This document shows, piece after piece, positions 36,262 through 37,419 of a stretch of DNA of 37,419 bases. Within the stretch, counting starts at the first letter, position 1. Each line of letters begins with the position of its first letter. Under the pieces are notes generated by a model, which saw only the letters and a program-made list of their open reading frames with translations, had not been told where the DNA came from and did no database searches. Source of the DNA: Octopus bimaculoides. Lineage: Eukaryota. The position numbers were made by a program, and so were the translations under genes. The stretch lies in contig NC_068995.1 of assembly GCF_001194135.2 (NCBI RefSeq), positions 3,616,743-3,654,161 on the forward strand, read 5' to 3'.

Positions 36262-36480
36262 TTAAATGCGGCTGACCCCTAAGGGTGGATGTTACTGTTG
36301 CTTTTAGCCCCAGGAGAACATCTCCTCCAGCTGGCTATTGACACACATCTGTGTCCTGTCCGTATTTGCAAAGGGAAGTCATCCTTCCCATCTTGATCTG
36401 CGATACGCACGGACTCGAGTTTCTGGGTATTTACCCGTCCTCAGCGTACGACAATCGCCGACCTTCGATACGAAAAATGT
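36262..36480 (-). mobile_element. Hammerhead-bearing interspersed repeat, probably a Penelope-like element terminal repeat or retrozyme fragment
   Basis: Carries the type I hammerhead. A second, diverged copy of its 3' part is at 35283-35385 in the opposite orientation, so it is a dispersed repeat. The class is inferred from the known association of hammerheads with PLEs; no PLE ORF was seen. Confidence 0.5.
36400..36458 (-). ncRNA. Type I hammerhead ribozyme (minimal, Penelope/retrozyme-type, palindromic stem III)
   Basis: Minus strand GCGATTGT-CGTACG-CTGAGGA-C-GGGT-AAAT-ACCC-A-GAAA-CTCGAG-TC-CGTGCG-TATCGC. It has a full CUGANGA/GAAA/GUC core and a 6-bp stem I extended by 5 bp past an internal loop. 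Stem II is 4 bp and stem III lies within the palindrome ACTCGAGT. The only deviation is C10.1.A11.1. Confidence 0.75.
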
Positions 36481-36865
36481 CCCGATGCAAATACATATAT
36501 ATATATATAATAATATATGTATATGTGATAATATATATATATCTATCTATCTATCTCTCTCTCTCTNNNNNNNNNNNNNNNNNNNNNNNNNNNNNNNNNN
36601 NNNNNNNNNNNNNNNNNNNNNNNNNNNNNNNNNNNNNNNNNNNNNNNNNNNNNNNNNNNNNNNNNNNNNNNNNNNNNNNNNNNNNNNNNNNNNNNNNNNN
36701 NNNNNNNNNNNNNNNNNNNNNNNNNNNNNNNNNNNNNNNNNNNNNNNNNNNNNNNNNNNNNNNNNNNNNNNNNNNNNNNNNNNNNTATATATATATATAT
36801 ATATATATATGTTTGTATGTATGTGTGTGTATGTATGTATGTATGTATGTATATAAGTGGGTCTG

Positions 36866-36926
<61 letters not shown>

Positions 36927-37378
36927 GCCGACTGCTGGCAAACTGGTGCGTCGTAAGTGTGCGGCTGATTGACTGAGAAATGCTGATGCATCTGAATAAA
37001 GGGTTGGTTGGCTGAGATTGGGTTCGGTGTCGCACGTGTGGGAGTGGCTGGCTGAATGCTTGCGTTCAAATTACACAGAAGTCGATTTTGTCGTTTATAT
37101 TTCCAAGATCGATAAATAAGTACATATGTACGAGTAAAGACACACGCGGATCGATTCACTGCAACAGAATTTATTGGTACTCTCACTTGAAATAATCAAT
37201 ATATGTGTGTGTGTGTGTGTGCGTGTTTGTATAAAAGTCTGTCTGCGTGTGTATGATATCATACACACACGCACACATAAATATATATATATCATACACA
37301 CATGTATATATATATTATACATTTATATATATCATATATATGTGGGTGTGCGATATATTTTAAATCATGATATATATA

Positions 37379-37419
<41 letters not shown>

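Overview
Eukaryotic, AT-rich, microsatellite-dense genomic DNA with 10 N-gaps (3128-3638, 5490-5699, 7635-7644, 9883-10082, 22562-22962, 23395-24033, 27487-27539, 29220-29229, 34915-35249, 36567-36785). The SINE families and repeat landscape look like an Octopus (coleoid cephalopod) genome; this is inference from recognised repeat sequences. The only real protein-coding content is seven consecutive minus-strand exons of an RFX6 orthologue (274, 124, 62, 78, 28, 108 and 78 nt; all GT-AG, frames join). They encode the acidic N-terminus, the complete winged-helix DNA-binding domain and the start of the B/C region. The gene continues past position 1, and its first coding exon was not securely found. 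A TATA+Inr core-promoter candidate points into the gene at about 34083. The introns hold tRNA-derived SINEs, R4/Dong, CR1/L2-like and I-group LINE relics, a DD37D maT fragment and a DD34D mariner fragment. Features the ORF track does not show: two near-complete type I hammerhead ribozymes (15651-15703 +, 36400-36458 -), each departing from the canonical core region by one A.C mismatch; a 17-bp palindromic array packed with TAATCC sites; and a 62-nt hairpin. Almost all ORF-track entries are microsatellite or N artefacts.
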